Shown here one piece after another: positions 10,623 to 23,234 of a DNA stretch of 64,000 nt. Position numbers and translations under genes: made by a program. The notes under the pieces are model-generated. The model saw only the letters and a program-made list of their open reading frames with translations, had not been told where the DNA came from and searched no databases. Where the stretch lies: positions 120,001 through 184,000 of the forward strand of contig CAVQGX010000033.1 of the NCBI GenBank assembly GCA_963712115.1. The letters run 5' to 3'. This DNA is from an uncultured delta proteobacterium. Its GTDB lineage: Bacteria; Desulfobacterota; Syntrophobacteria; BM002. Position 1 is the stretch's first letter. Every line of letters starts with the position of its first letter.

Positions 10623-11123
10623 TTATGCCTTCATCTCTTCGAGATTCTTGCCGCGTCTCTTGGCAATCGCCTCTGGACTGCGGAGCATGCTCAATCCCTC
10701 AATCGTCGCTTTCACCACGTTGTGAGGATTGTTTGAACCCAGGCACTTGGTAAGAATATTGTGCACTCCGGCTGCCTCCATAATAGCCCTGACAGCCCCT
10801 CCGGCTATAACACCGGTTCCTTCAGAGGCTGGTTTAAGCAGCACACTAGCAGCACCATACTTACCCAGAATCTCATAGGGGATTGTGTTATTGATGAGAG
10901 GTACCTTGAACATGTTTTTCTTAGCCATCTCCACACCCTTGCGGATAGCCTCTGGTACCTCATTCGCCTTCCCCAGGGCAGCCCCTACTGAACCCTGCCC
11001 GTCACCCACTACTACGATGGCGCTGAAGCTGAAACGCCGTCCACCTTTGACCACCTTGGCCACACGGCTAATATGCACCACCTTGTCAATTAACTGCAGC
11101 TCCTTTGCGTCCATTTCGTACAA
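10623..11123 (-). CDS. rpsE: 30S ribosomal protein S5
   Basis: [32 protein letters not shown]. Confidence 0.98.
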   Translation of the reverse strand: MYEMDAKELQLIDKVVHISRVAKVVKGGRRFSFSAIVVVGDGQGSVGAALGKANEVPEAIRKGVEMAKKNMFKVPLINNTIPYEILGKYGAASVLLKPASEGTGVIAGGAVRAIMEAAGVHNILTKCLGSNNPHNVVKATIEGLSMLRSPEAIAKRRGKNLEEMKA

Positions 11124-11139
11124 GGGAATTCTCCTTTTT

Positions 11140-11281
11140 TAGCTATCAGCGGTCAGCTATCGGCTTTCAGAATTACACAACATTAACCCCAACCGCTTAC
11201 ATTCGTCTGAGTGAGTCTTTGTTATTAATCGTTAGCTCTTCTCCAACCCGCTGAGAGCTGAAAGCTGACGGCTGATAGCTA
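11140..11281. repeat. Heptamer inverted array (GCTnTCA / TGAnAGC) with about 80 bp of unique interior
   Basis: tagctatcagcggtcagctatcggctttcag ... gctgagagctgaaagctgacggctgatagcta. Confidence 0.85.
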
Positions 11282-11283
11282 AC

Positions 11284-11655
11284 TCAAAACTCCAACCCTG
11301 CCTCTCTGGCCGCCGTGGCTAGAGCGCGCACCCGGCCATGATACAAGAAGCCGTTGCGATCGAATACCACCCTTGTGATCCCGTGTGCTTTTGCCTTTTG
11401 GGCGATCATCTTGCCTACTCGTTTGGCGTTCTCCATCTTACCCTTGACCTTTTCTTGCTCTCGAATCTCAGGATGCAGGGTGGAGCCAGCAACCAAGGTC
11501 ACTCCGTTTAAGTCGTCGATCACCTGGGCATATATATGTTTACTAGAGCGAAAGACGCTGAGCCTTGGTCGCTCTGGGCTTCCATATATCTTTGTCCTTA
11601 TTCGTTTTTTTCTTTTAAGACGTGCTTCCTGCCTGGGGTTTAATCTCGATCCCAT
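11284..11655 (-). CDS. rplR: 50S ribosomal protein L18
   Basis: [36 protein letters not shown]. Confidence 0.98.
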   Translation of the reverse strand: MGSRLNPRQEARLKRKKRIRTKIYGSPERPRLSVFRSSKHIYAQVIDDLNGVTLVAGSTLHPEIREQEKVKGKMENAKRVGKMIAQKAKAHGITRVVFDRNGFLYHGRVRALATAAREAGLEF

Positions 11656-11670
11656 TTTTCTTCACCTATA

Positions 11671-11740
11671 TAGCAATCAGCTTTTAGCTCTCAGCGGTCA
11701 GCGAGGCAACTGATAGCTGACGGCTGATCGCTGAATGCTA
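11671..11740. repeat. Heptamer inverted array, same family as 11140
   Basis: tagcaatcagcttttagctctcagcggtcagc-gaggcaa-ctgatagctgacggctgatcgctgaatgcta. Confidence 0.85.
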
Positions 11741-11742
11741 GA

Positions 11743-12285
11743 TTACTTTACTCCCGCTTTGCCCACTTTGCGCCGTACCACCTCGTCGGCATATCTGATT
11801 CCTTTGCCTTTGTATGGCTCGCAGCGACGAAAGTCGCGGATATTGGCAGCAGTCATGCCCAAAAGTTCTTTATCGATTCCGCTCAAGGTAATGCGGTTCT
11901 GTTTGTCCACTTCGGCCTCTATACCCTTGGGTAATTTATACTCAATAGGGTGCGAATAGCCCAGACTCAGGTGTAAGGTGTTGCCCCTAACATCGGCACG
12001 ATAACCAACACCGCTAATCTCGAGCACCTTGGTATAACCAGTGGTCACCCCAACCACCATGTTGTTGATCAGGGTCCGAGTCAGGCCTTGGAGTGCTCTG
12101 GCCTTTTTGCCGCTCGTAGCCTCCGGACTTACAACAATATTTCCGTCTGTAACTTCCACCAACACCCCAGCTGGAAGTTCACGTTTGAGCGCACCCTTGC
12201 TTCCGGCGACTTCAATCTCCAAATCACTGAGATTAACCTTTACGCCGGATGGCAGCTGAATAGGTTGTTTACCAATACGAGACAT
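11743..12285 (-). CDS. rplF: 50S ribosomal protein L6
   Basis: MSRIGKQP, GVGYRA, LGYSHP, EPYKGKGIRY. Confidence 0.98.
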   Translation of the reverse strand: MSRIGKQPIQLPSGVKVNLSDLEIEVAGSKGALKRELPAGVLVEVTDGNIVVSPEATSGKKARALQGLTRTLINNMVVGVTTGYTKVLEISGVGYRADVRGNTLHLSLGYSHPIEYKLPKGIEAEVDKQNRITLSGIDKELLGMTAANIRDFRRCEPYKGKGIRYADEVVRRKVGKAGVK

Positions 12286-12325
12286 TGAAGATCCTCCTCA
12301 ACGGATCCAGGTTCCCTCGCAACCT

Positions 12326-12724
12326 CTACCACACCTTACACAGGAGCTCACCGCCGATTTTTTGTTTGCGGGCCTCCCGATCTGTAAGTAACCCTTTGGA
12401 AGTGGAGAGGATTGCCGTGCCATATCCATTTAGTACATAGGGGATCTTGTCGTGTCGAACGTAGATCCTGCAGCTCGGCTTGCTTATCCGCTCCAAGCCT
12501 CCTATAATTGGCACATTCTTGTCATCGTATCTCAGATACACGCGCAAGGTACCCTGTCTCTTGTCTTTGACGAGTTTGTAGTTCTTGATGTAGCCCTCTT
12601 CCTTTAGCAGTTTAGCGATGCTCAGCTTCATCTTGGAGGAAGGAACATCCACCCGTTCATAATGTGCCATACATGCATTACGAATCCGGGTGAGAAAATC
12701 TGCAATGGGATCCGTCATCACCAT
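12326..12724 (-). CDS. rpsH: 30S ribosomal protein S8
   Basis: [27 protein letters not shown]. Confidence 0.98.
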   Translation of the reverse strand: MVMTDPIADFLTRIRNACMAHYERVDVPSSKMKLSIAKLLKEEGYIKNYKLVKDKRQGTLRVYLRYDDKNVPIIGGLERISKPSCRIYVRHDKIPYVLNGYGTAILSTSKGLLTDREARKQKIGGELLCKVW

Positions 12725-12739
12725 GGAGATGCTCCTTTG

Positions 12740-12925
12740 CTACCAGCTTGACTTTACTACCCCGGGAAGTTCGCCCCGCAGAGCCATACCGCGGAAGCAG
12801 ATGCGACAGATACCGAACTTGCGCAAAAAGGCCCTTGGGCGCCCACAAAGAGGGCAGCGATTGTATGTTCGCACCTTGAACTTAGGTTTTCTGTTTGCTT
12901 TGGCAATAAGCGACTTTTTTGCCAA
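12740..12925 (-). CDS. rpsN: 30S ribosomal protein S14, short Zn-binding type
   Basis: 61 aa, RCPLCGRP...CRICFR...PGVVKSSW. Confidence 0.97.
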   Translation of the reverse strand: MAKKSLIAKANRKPKFKVRTYNRCPLCGRPRAFLRKFGICRICFRGMALRGELPGVVKSSW

Positions 12926-12945
12926 GATTACCTCCTCTGTCCTTC

Positions 12946-13485
12946 CTAGTTCCTAAATGGCATACCCATCATCTTCAACAGCGCCTTACCCTCTTCATCG
13001 GTTTTGGCTGTTGTGACTATGGTTATGTTGAGCCCTTTGATCTTATCAATCTTATCGTAATCGATCTCCGGGAAAATTATGTGCTCTTTGATTCCCAAGG
13101 TATAGTTTCCCCGGCCATCAAAGGACTTATCTGACAAACCGCGAAAGTCGCGTACTCGAGGTAGGGTGACGTTAACCAACTTGTCGAAAAAGTCGTACAT
13201 CCGCCCCCTTCGGAGAGTTACCATACAGCCGATGGGCATTCCCTCCCTCAACTTGAATGAGGCGATGGACTTCCGTGCCCGGGTTACAACTGGGCGCTGC
13301 CCGGCAATAAGAGCCAGCTCTTCCATTGCCGCGTCCAAAACCTTGATGTTCTGAATGGCCTCCCCCAGCCCCATGTTAAGAATTATCTTATCCAGCCGCG
13401 GAACTTCCATTGGACTCGTATAATTAAAATCTTTGGTGAGAGCAGGCTTCAAATCTTTCTGATAAGTTTCTATCAATCTGGACAT
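12946..13485 (-). CDS. rplE: 50S ribosomal protein L5
   Basis: [32 protein letters not shown]. Confidence 0.98.
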   Translation of the reverse strand: MSRLIETYQKDLKPALTKDFNYTSPMEVPRLDKIILNMGLGEAIQNIKVLDAAMEELALIAGQRPVVTRARKSIASFKLREGMPIGCMVTLRRGRMYDFFDKLVNVTLPRVRDFRGLSDKSFDGRGNYTLGIKEHIIFPEIDYDKIDKIKGLNITIVTTAKTDEEGKALLKMMGMPFRN

Positions 13486-13549
13486 CTAATAAAACCTCTG
13501 TTTTTTCACCACAAAAAGCACAATGTCTCAATAGATGACTTGCTCGCCT

Positions 13550-13879
13550 TTATTCTATGATCTCGTCGCATTTCTTGCAGTAGCGCACCCTGCTACCGTC
13601 CTCAAGCACCCTTCGTCCTACCCGAGTAGAATCCGTACACTTACCGCACACAACCATAAGGTTAGAGATATTTATGGGGTTTTCCTTCTCGACGATACCC
13701 CCCTGGCGACTGTGGGCTCCTGGCCTCATGTGGCGCTTGATAAAGTTTACTTTCTCCACCACTGCCCTATCCTTTTTGGGCAATATCCTCAGAACCTTGC
13801 CGCTCTTACCCTTCTCTTTGCCGGCAATCACCATGACCGTGTCATTTTTCTTTATGTGGTAATTACTTCCTTTTGCCAT
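13550..13879 (-). CDS. rplX: 50S ribosomal protein L24
   Basis: KOW motif [19 protein letters not shown]; follows rplN. Confidence 0.97.
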   Translation of the reverse strand: MAKGSNYHIKKNDTVMVIAGKEKGKSGKVLRILPKKDRAVVEKVNFIKRHMRPGAHSRQGGIVEKENPINISNLMVVCGKCTDSTRVGRRVLEDGSRVRYCKKCDEIIE

Positions 13880-13908
13880 CAAACCTACCTCTCGCAGGAC
13901 CCCCCTCG

Positions 13909-14277
13909 CTAGAGCACCTCTGGTGCTAGAGAGACGATTTTCATAAATCCCTTTGTCCGTAATTCACGCGCCACCGGGCCAAAAATCCGGGTGCCAATAG
14001 GTTCACGTTGCTGGTTGACCAGCACAGCAGAATTGTCATCAAAACGGATATAGGAACCGTCTTTGCGGCGAATCTCTTTCTTGGTCCGCACCACCACTGC
14101 TTTCATCACATCACCAGGCCTGACCTTAGCGTTGGGGATGGCTTCCTTGACAGAGACCACAATAATATCTCCCACTCTCGCATAACGCTTTCTGGATCCG
14201 CCCAAGACCTTAATACAATAGAGCTTCTTAGCCCCTGAATTGTCAGCAGCCAAAAGCCTCGTTTCTGATTGAATCAT
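13909..14277 (-). CDS. rplN: 50S ribosomal protein L14
   Basis: [27 protein letters not shown]. Confidence 0.98.
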   Translation of the reverse strand: MIQSETRLLAADNSGAKKLYCIKVLGGSRKRYARVGDIIVVSVKEAIPNAKVRPGDVMKAVVVRTKKEIRRKDGSYIRFDDNSAVLVNQQREPIGTRIFGPVARELRTKGFMKIVSLAPEVL

Positions 14278-14333
14278 CGCTCACTCCAATGCGGGTTTGA
14301 TCCGCCGGGAATTTAGCCTTATTGCTCCTCTAA

Positions 14334-14594
14334 CTATGTGACCGCCTTTTCAACGATTTGACTCACTTGCCAGCGCTTGGTCTTGCTGCGAGGCCTGGTT
14401 TCACGGATCACCACCCGATCGCCCTTCTGACATGTATTGTTTTCATCATGAGCCTTAAATTTTGCCCGTCTCCGCACGTACTTCCGGTAGACTGGGTGCT
14501 TAACTAGCCTATCAACTTGCACTACCACGGTCTTGTCCATTTTGTCGCTAATGACAATACCGGTCTGGGTTTTCCGTAAACCTCGCTCCTTCAT
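14334..14594 (-). CDS. rpsQ: 30S ribosomal protein S17
   Basis: [26 protein letters not shown]. Confidence 0.97.
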   Translation of the reverse strand: MKERGLRKTQTGIVISDKMDKTVVVQVDRLVKHPVYRKYVRRRAKFKAHDENNTCQKGDRVVIRETRPRSKTKRWQVSQIVEKAVT

Positions 14595-14597
14595 GCT

Positions 14598-14798
14598 CTA
14601 GTCCTCTTCTGCCCCATGCTTTTCCACCAAAATAGTCTTTACCCGGGCTATGTCTTTTCGGGTTCTCTTTAGTTGAGCTGTATTGTCCAACTGACCGGTA
14701 GCGTGCTGGAATTTTAGGTTAAAAAGTGCCTCAGCCAGCTCTTTTTCTTTAACTACCAACTCCTCAATGCTCAGGTCACGGTATTCGCTTGCCTTCAT
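14598..14798 (-). CDS. rpmC: 50S ribosomal protein L29
   Basis: [13 protein letters not shown]...RKDIARVKT. Confidence 0.97.
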   Translation of the reverse strand: MKASEYRDLSIEELVVKEKELAEALFNLKFQHATGQLDNTAQLKRTRKDIARVKTILVEKHGAEED

Positions 14799-15211
14799 CA
14801 GCTTCCCTCCCGGCTGACGAATCGGGTCCCAAAGCCCAGCTTGTGACCAGCCAACCTAAAGGCCTCCCTCGCCACTGGTTCGGGCACACCTTCCATTTCG
14901 TATAGAATTTTACCCGGTCGTACCACAGCCACCCATCCTTCTGGAGACCCTTTGCCTTTGCCCATTCTGGTCTCAGTAGGCTTTTTGGTAATGGGCTTAT
15001 CTGGAAAAACTCGAATCCAAATTTTACCGCCCCTTTTGATGTGCCGAGTCATGGCGATACGCGCCGCCTCAATCTGTCTGGCGGTCATCCATGAACATTC
15101 AGTGGCTTGCAGCCCATAATCACCGAATGTAAGCTCACTGCCTCGATAGGCCTTACCCTTCATTCGTCCTTTTTGTCTCTTTCTGTACTTGACCTTCTTC
15201 GGTGCCAGCAT
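14798..15211 (-). CDS. rplP: 50S ribosomal protein L16
   Basis: [23 protein letters not shown]. Confidence 0.98.
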   Translation of the reverse strand: MLAPKKVKYRKRQKGRMKGKAYRGSELTFGDYGLQATECSWMTARQIEAARIAMTRHIKRGGKIWIRVFPDKPITKKPTETRMGKGKGSPEGWVAVVRPGKILYEMEGVPEPVAREAFRLAGHKLGFGTRFVSREGS

Positions 15212-15290
15212 TGCCTAGCTATCTCCCAATATTTCAACTGGTTTCAATATTGCCTGTGGTTTATTCTTTCCCATGCATGAACACTATAGA

Positions 15291-15917
15291 TCAGGTCAAA
15301 ACCTCGCCTTTGAAAATCCAAACCTTTACGCCAATTATCCCGTAGGTGGTCTTGGCAACTGCGGTGCCATAATCAATGTCGGCCCGCAGGGTATGCAAAG
15401 GCACTCTCCCTTCCCGGTACCACTCCCGTCTGGCCATTTCGGCACCACCCAAGCGGCCTGCACAGGCCACCCGTACTCCTTTGGCGCCGAATTTCAATGC
15501 TGAACTCACAGCCTTTTTCATGGCCCGACGAAAAGCGACTCTCCGTGTCAGCTGCAAGGCAATATTTTCGGCAACCAAAGTGGCATCCATCTCAGGCTTA
15601 CGCACCTCTTGTATATCGATGAGGATCTCGCGCCTCACCATCTGCTCCAACTGTCTCTTCAGAGCCTCGATTTCGGAGCCTTTCTTGCCAATGACAATGC
15701 CGGGCCTGGCAGTGTGAATTCTAATCCTCGCCCGATCAGCTGCACGGGCAATTTCAATCTGGGCAATGCCCGCATGATACAGCTTCTCTTTGAGAAACTC
15801 CCGAATTTTGGCATCTTCGTGAACGAGCTTGGCGTATTCTTTCTTAGCAAACCATTTTGAATCCCACGTTCTAATGATGCCGAGTCTAAGACCGACCGGA
15901 TGTACCTTTTGACCCAA
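15291..15917 (-). CDS. rpsC: 30S ribosomal protein S3
   Basis: [32 protein letters not shown]. Confidence 0.98.
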   Translation of the reverse strand: MGQKVHPVGLRLGIIRTWDSKWFAKKEYAKLVHEDAKIREFLKEKLYHAGIAQIEIARAADRARIRIHTARPGIVIGKKGSEIEALKRQLEQMVRREILIDIQEVRKPEMDATLVAENIALQLTRRVAFRRAMKKAVSSALKFGAKGVRVACAGRLGGAEMARREWYREGRVPLHTLRADIDYGTAVAKTTYGIIGVKVWIFKGEVLT

Positions 15918-15977
15918 TCTTCACCTCCAAAATAAAATGCCTAAAGTGCCTAAAATGCTTAATAGGTTTAAAAAAGC

Positions 15978-16310
15978 TTAGGCTTCATCCAATATTATGG
16001 TTATGTGACTAGAGCGCTTGAGAATCCTGGTTGCCCGTCCCATTGCTCGTGCCCGCCAACGTTTCATAGTGGGACCTTCATCTATAAAAATTCGTTTGAT
16101 GTAAAGCGTGTCCACATCGATACTAGGATTCTGCTCAGCGTTGGCCACAGCTGACCGTAAAGTTTTGCTCACCAGACGTGCTCCCTTTTTGGGAAGAAAT
16201 TTGAGAATATTCAGTGCCTCCTCAACTGGCTTCCCCTTAACAAGGTCGGTGACCAATCGCGCCTTGTTTGGCGAGATTCTTACATATCTAGTTACTGCCT
16301 TCACTTCCAT
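15978..16310 (-). CDS. rplV: 50S ribosomal protein L22
   Basis: [26 protein letters not shown]. Confidence 0.98.
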   Translation of the reverse strand: MEVKAVTRYVRISPNKARLVTDLVKGKPVEEALNILKFLPKKGARLVSKTLRSAVANAEQNPSIDVDTLYIKRIFIDEGPTMKRWRARAMGRATRILKRSSHITIILDEA

Positions 16311-16444
16311 GGTATCTCTCGGAGCTCCCGCAACTTAGCCGCGGTGAAAATGATTTTGGTAAGCCCTAACCTCTTCTATCTCCCCGGAACAATGCAATAT
16401 TAGAATGACGGAATAGTGGCTACCACTATTTCGGTATTCCAGCC

Positions 16445-16732
16445 CTATTTCTTGCTTCGCAAACGGCTCTTTTTGTCGCCCGCGTGTCCGTAAAAAGTCC
16501 TCGTGGGAGCAAACTCACCTAGCTTATGACCCACCATGTTTTCGGTGACAAACACTGGGATGAACTTCTTGCCATTATGCACCGCCATGGTCAAACCTAC
16601 AAATTCAGGAATAATGGTGGAGCGACGCGACCAGGTCTTAATCATTCGGTGATCCCGGCTCTCCTGAGACCGGACTACCTTTCTCATCAAACCATCATCA
16701 ACAAAAGGGCCTTTCTTTAAAGATCGCGGCAC
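16445..16732 (-). CDS. rpsS: 30S ribosomal protein S19
   Basis: [29 protein letters not shown]. Confidence 0.98.
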   Translation of the reverse strand: MPRSLKKGPFVDDGLMRKVVRSQESRDHRMIKTWSRRSTIIPEFVGLTMAVHNGKKFIPVFVTENMVGHKLGEFAPTRTFYGHAGDKKSRLRSKK

Positions 16733-16756
16733 AATAGCCTCCTCACACTTAGCCCG

Positions 16757-17581
16757 TTATCTGGGGCGCCTTTTCACAATGAACTTGTCACCTGGCTTAG
16801 ATTTCCGAGTACGATACCCCTTGGTAGGCACTCCCCATGGGGTAACAGGGTGTCGACCTCCAGAACTCTTGCCTTCCCCGCCTCCGTGGGGATGATCCAC
16901 AGGGTTCATGGCCACTCCACGAACTTTGGATCTACGCCCAAGCCAGCGCGTGCGCCCCGCCTTGCCTATGCTTATGTTTTCGTGATCAATATTCCCTACT
17001 TGGCCGATTGTTGCCTTGCACTCCAGCAAAACTTTCCGCAGCTCGCCAGATGGAAGCTTCAGCAGTCCGTAGCGACCCTCTTTGGCCATAAGCTGCACCC
17101 CGGCCCCGGCGCTACGCGCCAGCTGGCCGCCCTTGCCAGCCCTCATCTCCACATTGTGGATAATAGTTCCCAGGGGGATCTTCTCCAGGGGTAAAGCATT
17201 GCCCGGTTTTATATCGGCCGACTCACTTGTAAGAACTGAATCACCAACCTGCATTCCTAAAGGTGCGAGAATGTAACGCTTCTCCCCATCCGCGTAGTGT
17301 AGAAGTGCTATCCTGGCAGACCTATTTGGATCGTATTCAATACTGGCGACCCTAGCAGGGATGTCAGCCTTGTCACGCTTGAAGTCAATGACCCGGTACC
17401 TGCGCTTATGTCCACCGCCACGACGGCGTACGGTAATGCGGCCATAGCTGTTGCGGCCACCGGACTTTTTTTGAGGTCGCACCAGGCTTTTCTCAGGCTT
17501 AGAACGGGTAATCTCCTCAAATGTGGAGTAAGTTTGAAACCGTCTCCCAGGTGATGTCGGTTTTACGGTCTTGATTGCCAT
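16757..17581 (-). CDS. rplB: 50S ribosomal protein L2
   Basis: [26 protein letters not shown]. Confidence 0.98.
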   Translation of the reverse strand: MAIKTVKPTSPGRRFQTYSTFEEITRSKPEKSLVRPQKKSGGRNSYGRITVRRRGGGHKRRYRVIDFKRDKADIPARVASIEYDPNRSARIALLHYADGEKRYILAPLGMQVGDSVLTSESADIKPGNALPLEKIPLGTIIHNVEMRAGKGGQLARSAGAGVQLMAKEGRYGLLKLPSGELRKVLLECKATIGQVGNIDHENISIGKAGRTRWLGRRSKVRGVAMNPVDHPHGGGEGKSSGGRHPVTPWGVPTKGYRTRKSKPGDKFIVKRRPR

Positions 17582-17595
17582 GAATTTCCTCTTTG

Positions 17596-17886
17596 CTACA
17601 CGCCTTCAAAAAACTCGATCTTTTGTCCAGGTTTCAATGTAACAATAGCTTTCTTCCAATGTCGCCTGCGGCCCATGTTACGGCCGAGACGTTTAATTTT
17701 CCCCTGATAGTTCTGGGTTCGCACATCTTCAACCTGGACCTTAAAAATCCTCTCCACAGCCTTCTTGATCTCTATCTTGTTGGCTCGACGATCCACCTCG
17801 AAGGCTAGCTGATTGTTCATTTCCTTCTGAATTGTACTTTTTTCAGTAATCAGCGGTCGTCGGATAATCTTGTAAGGTTCTTCCAT
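17596..17886 (-). CDS. rplW: 50S ribosomal protein L23
   Basis: [22 protein letters not shown]. Confidence 0.97.
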   Translation of the reverse strand: MEEPYKIIRRPLITEKSTIQKEMNNQLAFEVDRRANKIEIKKAVERIFKVQVEDVRTQNYQGKIKRLGRNMGRRRHWKKAIVTLKPGQKIEFFEGV

Positions 17887-17907
17887 AAATCACCTGTGGC
17901 CAAGCTT

Positions 17908-18071
17908 GCATAGGGCATGAAGTTGGAATATTTCGAATTGCGGATTGCGAATTTCGAAATTCCAAATTCGAAATCTACTCTATGCCCTATGCCCTATGCT
18001 AACTGGATTCTGACTCCTGACTTCTAACTCCTCTGTTTTTTCGCTCTGCGCTTGGCGCTATGCGCTATGCG
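17908..18071. repeat. Nested composite heptamer element overlapping the rplD stop codon
   Basis: gcatagggcatg [ttcgaattgcggattgcgaattt / aaattccaaattcgaaat] ctctatgccctatgccctatgc, then ctggattctgactcctgacttct, then cgctctgcgcttggcgctatgcgctatgcg. Confidence 0.85.
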
Positions 18072-18699
18072 TATCTTTCCCTAGCAGGGAAGCCTCTATC
18101 TTCGGCACTGCATCTTTGATCAGCAAGAGGTTCCGGTGTTTGATGATATCGTAAACATTAAGGCCCTCCGAGCACAGCACCTTGGTGTGTGGCACGTTAC
18201 GAGCCGATTTTTCCAAAAGATCATTGCGCTCTGGGGTCACCAGCAAAACGCTGTGCATCTCAAACACTTGCAGCAGATCCACAATAGCCTTCGTCTTTAT
18301 CTCCTCTAAATCAAAGCCATCCAAAACCACCATCTGATTTTCTTTGCACTTACTGGTCAAGGCAATCTTCAAAGCCTGCCTGCGAATCTTCTTGTTTACC
18401 TTGGGCGTGAAATCTCTCGGCTTAGGACCAAAGGTTACGCCGCCACCACGCCATATTGGAGAGCTCCTAGTACCCGCACGGGCCCGTCCCGTGCCCTTCT
18501 GCCGCCAAGGCTTGCGACCGCTGGCTCGCACCTCCGAGCGTCCTTTGGTTGAGGCAGTCCCCGATCTCCGCTTGGCCAGTTGCATTTTAACCACCTCGTG
18601 GACCAAGTGAGACTTAATGGGGACATTGAATATCTCGTCATTCAGTTCAATTTCGCCCACTTGCTCGTTCTTACTATTACAAACGGTCACTTTTGGCAT
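18058..18699 (-). CDS. rplD: 50S ribosomal protein L4
   Basis: [25 protein letters not shown]. Confidence 0.98.
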   Translation of the reverse strand: MPKVTVCNSKNEQVGEIELNDEIFNVPIKSHLVHEVVKMQLAKRRSGTASTKGRSEVRASGRKPWRQKGTGRARAGTRSSPIWRGGGVTFGPKPRDFTPKVNKKIRRQALKIALTSKCKENQMVVLDGFDLEEIKTKAIVDLLQVFEMHSVLLVTPERNDLLEKSARNVPHTKVLCSEGLNVYDIIKHRNLLLIKDAVPKIEASLLGKDTHSA

Positions 18700-18773
18700 G
18701 ACCAGCCTCTTTCCTTCTAGTCTTGTTCGTTGCTATCGACTTCTTGCCTAGCCCGCATATTTCACCAAAGGGA

Positions 18774-19403
18774 CTAAAATTTACCGCTCTTTATAATTAG
18801 AACCACTCCGTTTCGTGCGCCAGGAACGGCACCCTTGACCAAGATGATATTTTCCTCTGGTCTAACGTCCACTATCTTTAACCCCTTGACGGTAACCCTC
18901 CGATTACCCATCTGGCCTGGCATTTTTCGTCCTTTGATCACCCGAGAGGGGGAAGCACTGCAGCCAATGGATCCCGGTGGACGTTTGTTCATGCCCCCGT
19001 GGCTCATTGGTCCCCGAGAAAAATTCCAGCGCTTGATTGTGCCGGCAAAGCCTTTGCCCTTGCTCTTGCCTATGACATGGACCAACTCGCCTACCTGAAA
19101 GATGTCCGCGCTGATCTCTTGCCCAAGCTCGAAGTCCTCCACCTCATCCACTTTCACCTCTTTGATGGCTTTAAAAGGGCCTTTGCCGCATCTCTTGAAG
19201 TGGCCAAGCAGTGGTTTTGTGGTGCCCCGGGGCTTCTTCTCTCCAAAGGCCAATTGCAGTGCGTTGTAACCATCGTTGTCGACGCTCTTAATCTGAGTGA
19301 TGGTGCATGGTCCAACCTGGATAACCGTAACCGGTGTAGCCTCACCATCTGGAGAGAACAACTGGGACATTCCCAATTTCTTGCCAATCAGCGTACTAAC
19401 CAT
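18774..19403 (-). CDS. rplC: 50S ribosomal protein L3
   Basis: GKKLGMSQ, DGYNALQ, SKGKGFAG, KGAVPG. Confidence 0.98.
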   Translation of the reverse strand: MVSTLIGKKLGMSQLFSPDGEATPVTVIQVGPCTITQIKSVDNDGYNALQLAFGEKKPRGTTKPLLGHFKRCGKGPFKAIKEVKVDEVEDFELGQEISADIFQVGELVHVIGKSKGKGFAGTIKRWNFSRGPMSHGGMNKRPPGSIGCSASPSRVIKGRKMPGQMGNRRVTVKGLKIVDVRPEENIILVKGAVPGARNGVVLIIKSGKF

Positions 19404-19449
19404 TTTTAATCACTTTCACGCCATGCGCTCTGCGCTTTTCGCTGTGCGA

Positions 19450-19758
19450 TTAAAGCTTTATCTCAACATCCACCCCTGCCGAAAGATCGAGCTTCATCAG
19501 AGCATCAACCGTCTGCTGCGTCGGCTCGACTATATCCAACAACCTCTTATGGGTGCGGATCTCAAATTGCTCCCTAGATTTTTTGTCCACATGGGGAGAA
19601 CGGAGTACGCAGAATTTTCTTATTTTGGTGGGCAGAGGTATGGGCCCCGCCACCTTGGCACCAGTCCGCCTTGCAGTCTCCACGATCTCGTTGGTGGATT
19701 GATCCAGCAGCTTGTGGTCATATGCTTTCAATCGTATACGGATCTTTTGATTAGCCAT
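19450..19758 (-). CDS. rpsJ: 30S ribosomal protein S10
   Basis: [30 protein letters not shown]. Confidence 0.98.
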   Translation of the reverse strand: MANQKIRIRLKAYDHKLLDQSTNEIVETARRTGAKVAGPIPLPTKIRKFCVLRSPHVDKKSREQFEIRTHKRLLDIVEPTQQTVDALMKLDLSAGVDVEIKL

Positions 19759-19782
19759 AACTACTCCGTCCTCAAATGAAGA

Positions 19783-19842
19783 CAATTGCGAATTCAGGGA
19801 TTTCCAATTCCCTTATTCCTCAATTCCCCAATTCCTTAATTC
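19783..19842. repeat. Octamer array (AATTCCCY)n abutting the tuf stop
   Basis: aattcccttattcctcaattccccaattccttaatt. Confidence 0.7.
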
Positions 19843-19843
19843 T

Positions 19844-21037
19844 TCACTCGACAATATCACTGATGACACCAGCGCCCACCGTGCGACCTCCCTCGCGAAT
19901 GGCAAAGCGTAACTCCTTCTCCATCGCTATCGGGGTGATCAACTCTACGGTCATCGACACGTTGTCACCTGGCATCACCATCTCTATACCCTCGGGCAAC
20001 GTCACCACGCCCGTAACATCTGTGGTGCGAAAATAAAACTGCGGCCTGTAACCATTGAAAAACGGCGTGTGACGACCACCCTCCTCCTTCTTCAATATAT
20101 AAGCCTCAGCCTTAAACTTCCGGTGCGGATTAATCGAACCAGGCTTGGCTACCACCTGACCACGCTCAACATCATCTCGCTTCACCCCACGCAACAACAC
20201 CCCTATGTTGTCACCTGCCTGACCCTCATCCAAGGTCTTGCGAAACATCTCCACACCCGTACAAACCGTCTTGTGCGTCGGCCTAATCCCTACTATCTCT
20301 ACCTCATCTCCAACCTTGATCAAACCACGCTCTAAACGACCCGTCACCACCGTGCCTCGACCAGAAATGCTAAATACATCCTCAATCGGCATCAAAAACG
20401 GCTTGTCTACATCTCGCATAGGCTCAGGGATGTAACTGTCCACCGCTTCCATTAACTCAAATATGCACTTAGCCTCATCACTCTCAGCATCGTCACTCTC
20501 CAAAGCCTTCAACGCACTGCCCTGAACGATCGGTATGTCGTCTCCAGGAAACTCATACTTCGACAATAACTCCCGTAACTCCAACTCAACTAACTCTATC
20601 AACTCCTCATCATCCACCATGTCTACCTTGTTCAAAAATACCACTATGTACGGCACACCAACCTGACGGGCTAAAAGTATGTGCTCACGGGTCTGAGGCA
20701 TCGGACCATCATCAGCTCCAACCACCAATATCGCTCCGTCCATCTGCGCCGCACCCGTAATCATGTTCTTGATATAGTCCGCATGACCAGGACAATCCAC
20801 ATGGGCATAATGCCGCTTGCCCGTCTCATACTCCACATGCGCCGTCGCTATGGTGATCCCACGCTCCCTCTCCTCCGGCGCCTTGTCTATCTCGTCAAAG
20901 GAAACATACTCCGCCATGCCCTTCTTCGATAAATGCTTAGTTATCGCCGCCGTCAATGTCGTCTTACCATGATCTATGTGACCTATTGTTCCTACGTTTA
21001 TATGCGGCTTCGTCCTCTCAAACTTCTTCTTCGCCAT
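19844..21037 (-). CDS. tuf: Elongation factor Tu (str operon copy)
   Basis: [31 protein letters not shown]. Confidence 0.99.
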   Translation of the reverse strand: MAKKKFERTKPHINVGTIGHIDHGKTTLTAAITKHLSKKGMAEYVSFDEIDKAPEERERGITIATAHVEYETGKRHYAHVDCPGHADYIKNMITGAAQMDGAILVVGADDGPMPQTREHILLARQVGVPYIVVFLNKVDMVDDEELIELVELELRELLSKYEFPGDDIPIVQGSALKALESDDAESDEAKCIFELMEAVDSYIPEPMRDVDKPFLMPIEDVFSISGRGTVVTGRLERGLIKVGDEVEIVGIRPTHKTVCTGVEMFRKTLDEGQAGDNIGVLLRGVKRDDVERGQVVAKPGSINPHRKFKAEAYILKKEEGGRHTPFFNGYRPQFYFRTTDVTGVVTLPEGIEMVMPGDNVSMTVELITPIAMEKELRFAIREGGRTVGAGVISDIVE

Positions 21038-21142
21038 GGCGGTTCCTCCTTGGACTTTTTATTCCCTTCTTCTTAAGCGATCACCGGGGAGTTTATCTTG
21101 TCGCCCCGATAACCACGAACACCTGATTCTCCTCTTGACGCT

Positions 21143-23218
21143 TTAGCCGGTAGCCGCGGCCTTCACCTCCTCTGAGATGGAAAACGGTACCGGATTATAA
21201 TGAGAAAACTGCATATGAAATGTGGCCCGCCCCTGGGTGGCTGAGCGCAAATCCGTAGCATAGCCAAACATTTGTGCCAAAGGAACGCGAGATTCAATCA
21301 CCTGTACATTGGCACGAGTTTCCATTTGTGAGATTCGGCCTCGGCGAGAGTTAAAGTCTCCAACCACCTCGCCAATGTACTCTTCTGGCACCACAACTTC
21401 TACGGTCATGATCGGCTCCAGCAAGATTGGTGCTCCATCCTTGACACCTGATTTAACTGCCATCGATCCAGCTATGGTGAAGGCGATATCTGAGGAGTCC
21501 ACCTCATGATAGGAGCCGTCCACCAGGGTGACCCGAATATCCACTACAGGATAGCCAGCGAGAACCCCTTGCTCTAAAGCCTCTTTTACCCCTCGTCCCA
21601 CAGAGTTAATGTATTCTTTGGGGACCACTCCGCCTACAATGCGGTCTACAAACTCAAAGCCAGCTCCGCGTTCGTTGGGCTCCAGCTCTAACCAGACGTG
21701 ACCATACTGCCCACGACCGCCACTTTGTCTGACAAAACGACCTTCGGCCCGCACTTTCCGAGTTATAGTTTCGCGATAAGCTACTTGAGGTTTACCCACG
21801 TTGGCATTAACCTTGAACTCCCTCAGAAGCCGGTCCACTATTATCTCAAGGTGGAGTTCCCCCATGCCTGATATGATGGTCTCACCGGTTTCTTGCTCCA
21901 CCTTCACTACAAAGGTGGGATCCTCGGCAGCAACTTTGGCCAGACTCGCCCCAAGTCTTTCTTGATCCTCTTTGCTTTTGGGTTCAATCGCTATAGAGAT
22001 CACAGGTGCTGGGATATCCATAGCTTCAAGCACGATGGGCCGGGCCGGATCGCAAAGAGTATCCCCAGTGGCGCTATTGCGCAACCCCAAAGCTGCCACA
22101 ATATCACCGGCATAGACTTCCTTGATCTCTTCCCTTTTATTGGCATGCATTTTCAGCAGCCGACCTATCTTTTCCCGCACACTCTTGGTCGAATTCAGCA
22201 CTTGGGCTCCGCTAGTGAGGCCGCCGGAGTAAATGCGAAGAAAAGTAAGATGTCCCACATAGGGATCATTCATCAGCTTGAAGGCCAATGCTGCAAAAGG
22301 TGCTTTATCATCGGCTGCGCGCATCTCCTCTTCGCCCTGAGGTGTGATGCCTGAGATTGCCTCAACATCCTTGGGCGAGGGAAGGTACTTGACGATACCA
22401 TCCAAAAGTAATTGCACACCTTTATTTTTGAAGGCTGCTCCGCAAAACACCGGCACTAACTTTAATTGGAGGGTACCACTGCGTAGCGCTGCCCCGATCT
22501 CTTGGTTACTTATCTCGTGACCATCCAGGTATTTCTCCAGGATGTTTTCATCAACGTCGGCTATTGCTTCCACCAGTTTATGCCGAAACTCCTCCGCTTC
22601 ATCCCTTAGCTCATCCTCAATTTCAACCACCTGGTAAGCGGCCCCGAGAGTGCTTTCCTCCCAAACCACCGCCTTCATCTCTACCAAGTCTATGATCCCC
22701 CTGAAGTCTTGCTCTTTGCCAAGGGGAATTTGCACTGCTACGGGAGATGCTCCCAATCTGCTTCGCATCATGGCCAGGCAGCGGTCAAAATCTGCTCCCA
22801 TCCGGTCCATTTTGTTGATAAAAGCAATGCGTGGCACGCGATAGCGATCAGCCTGGCGCCAAACTGTCTCGGACTGAGGTTCCACTCCTCCCACAGCACA
22901 GAAGATGGCCACAGCCCCATCCAGAACCCGCAGTGATCGCTCCACCTCGATGGTAAAATCCACATGCCCGGGGGTGTCTATAATATTGATGCGGTGATCA
23001 TTCCAAAAACAGGTGGTGGCAGCGCTGGTGATGGTAATCCCCCGCTCCTGCTCCTGCTCCATCCAGTCCATCACCGCCGTTCCCTCATGGACCTCCCCCA
23101 TTTTGTAAGAGACCCCAGTGTAATATAATATGCGCTCGGTGGTCGTCGTCTTCCCCGCATCAATGTGGGCCATGATGCCGATGTTACGAACTTTTTCTAA
23201 TGAAATCTGCCGAGCCAT
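21143..23218 (-). CDS. fusA: Elongation factor G
   Basis: [37 protein letters not shown]. Confidence 0.99.
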   Translation of the reverse strand: MARQISLEKVRNIGIMAHIDAGKTTTTERILYYTGVSYKMGEVHEGTAVMDWMEQEQERGITITSAATTCFWNDHRINIIDTPGHVDFTIEVERSLRVLDGAVAIFCAVGGVEPQSETVWRQADRYRVPRIAFINKMDRMGADFDRCLAMMRSRLGASPVAVQIPLGKEQDFRGIIDLVEMKAVVWEESTLGAAYQVVEIEDELRDEAEEFRHKLVEAIADVDENILEKYLDGHEISNQEIGAALRSGTLQLKLVPVFCGAAFKNKGVQLLLDGIVKYLPSPKDVEAISGITPQGEEEMRAADDKAPFAALAFKLMNDPYVGHLTFLRIYSGGLTSGAQVLNSTKSVREKIGRLLKMHANKREEIKEVYAGDIVAALGLRNSATGDTLCDPARPIVLEAMDIPAPVISIAIEPKSKEDQERLGASLAKVAAEDPTFVVKVEQETGETIISGMGELHLEIIVDRLLREFKVNANVGKPQVAYRETITRKVRAEGRFVRQSGGRGQYGHVWLELEPNERGAGFEFVDRIVGGVVPKEYINSVGRGVKEALEQGVLAGYPVVDIRVTLVDGSYHEVDSSDIAFTIAGSMAVKSGVKDGAPILLEPIMTVEVVVPEEYIGEVVGDFNSRRGRISQMETRANVQVIESRVPLAQMFGYATDLRSATQGRATFHMQFSHYNPVPFSISEEVKAAATG

Positions 23219-23234
23219 TCAACACCTGATGTTC

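Noticed and set aside
12740-12925. Zn-ribbon forms of S14, S4, L33 and L36
   Set aside because: These are the ancestral, common state in this lineage.
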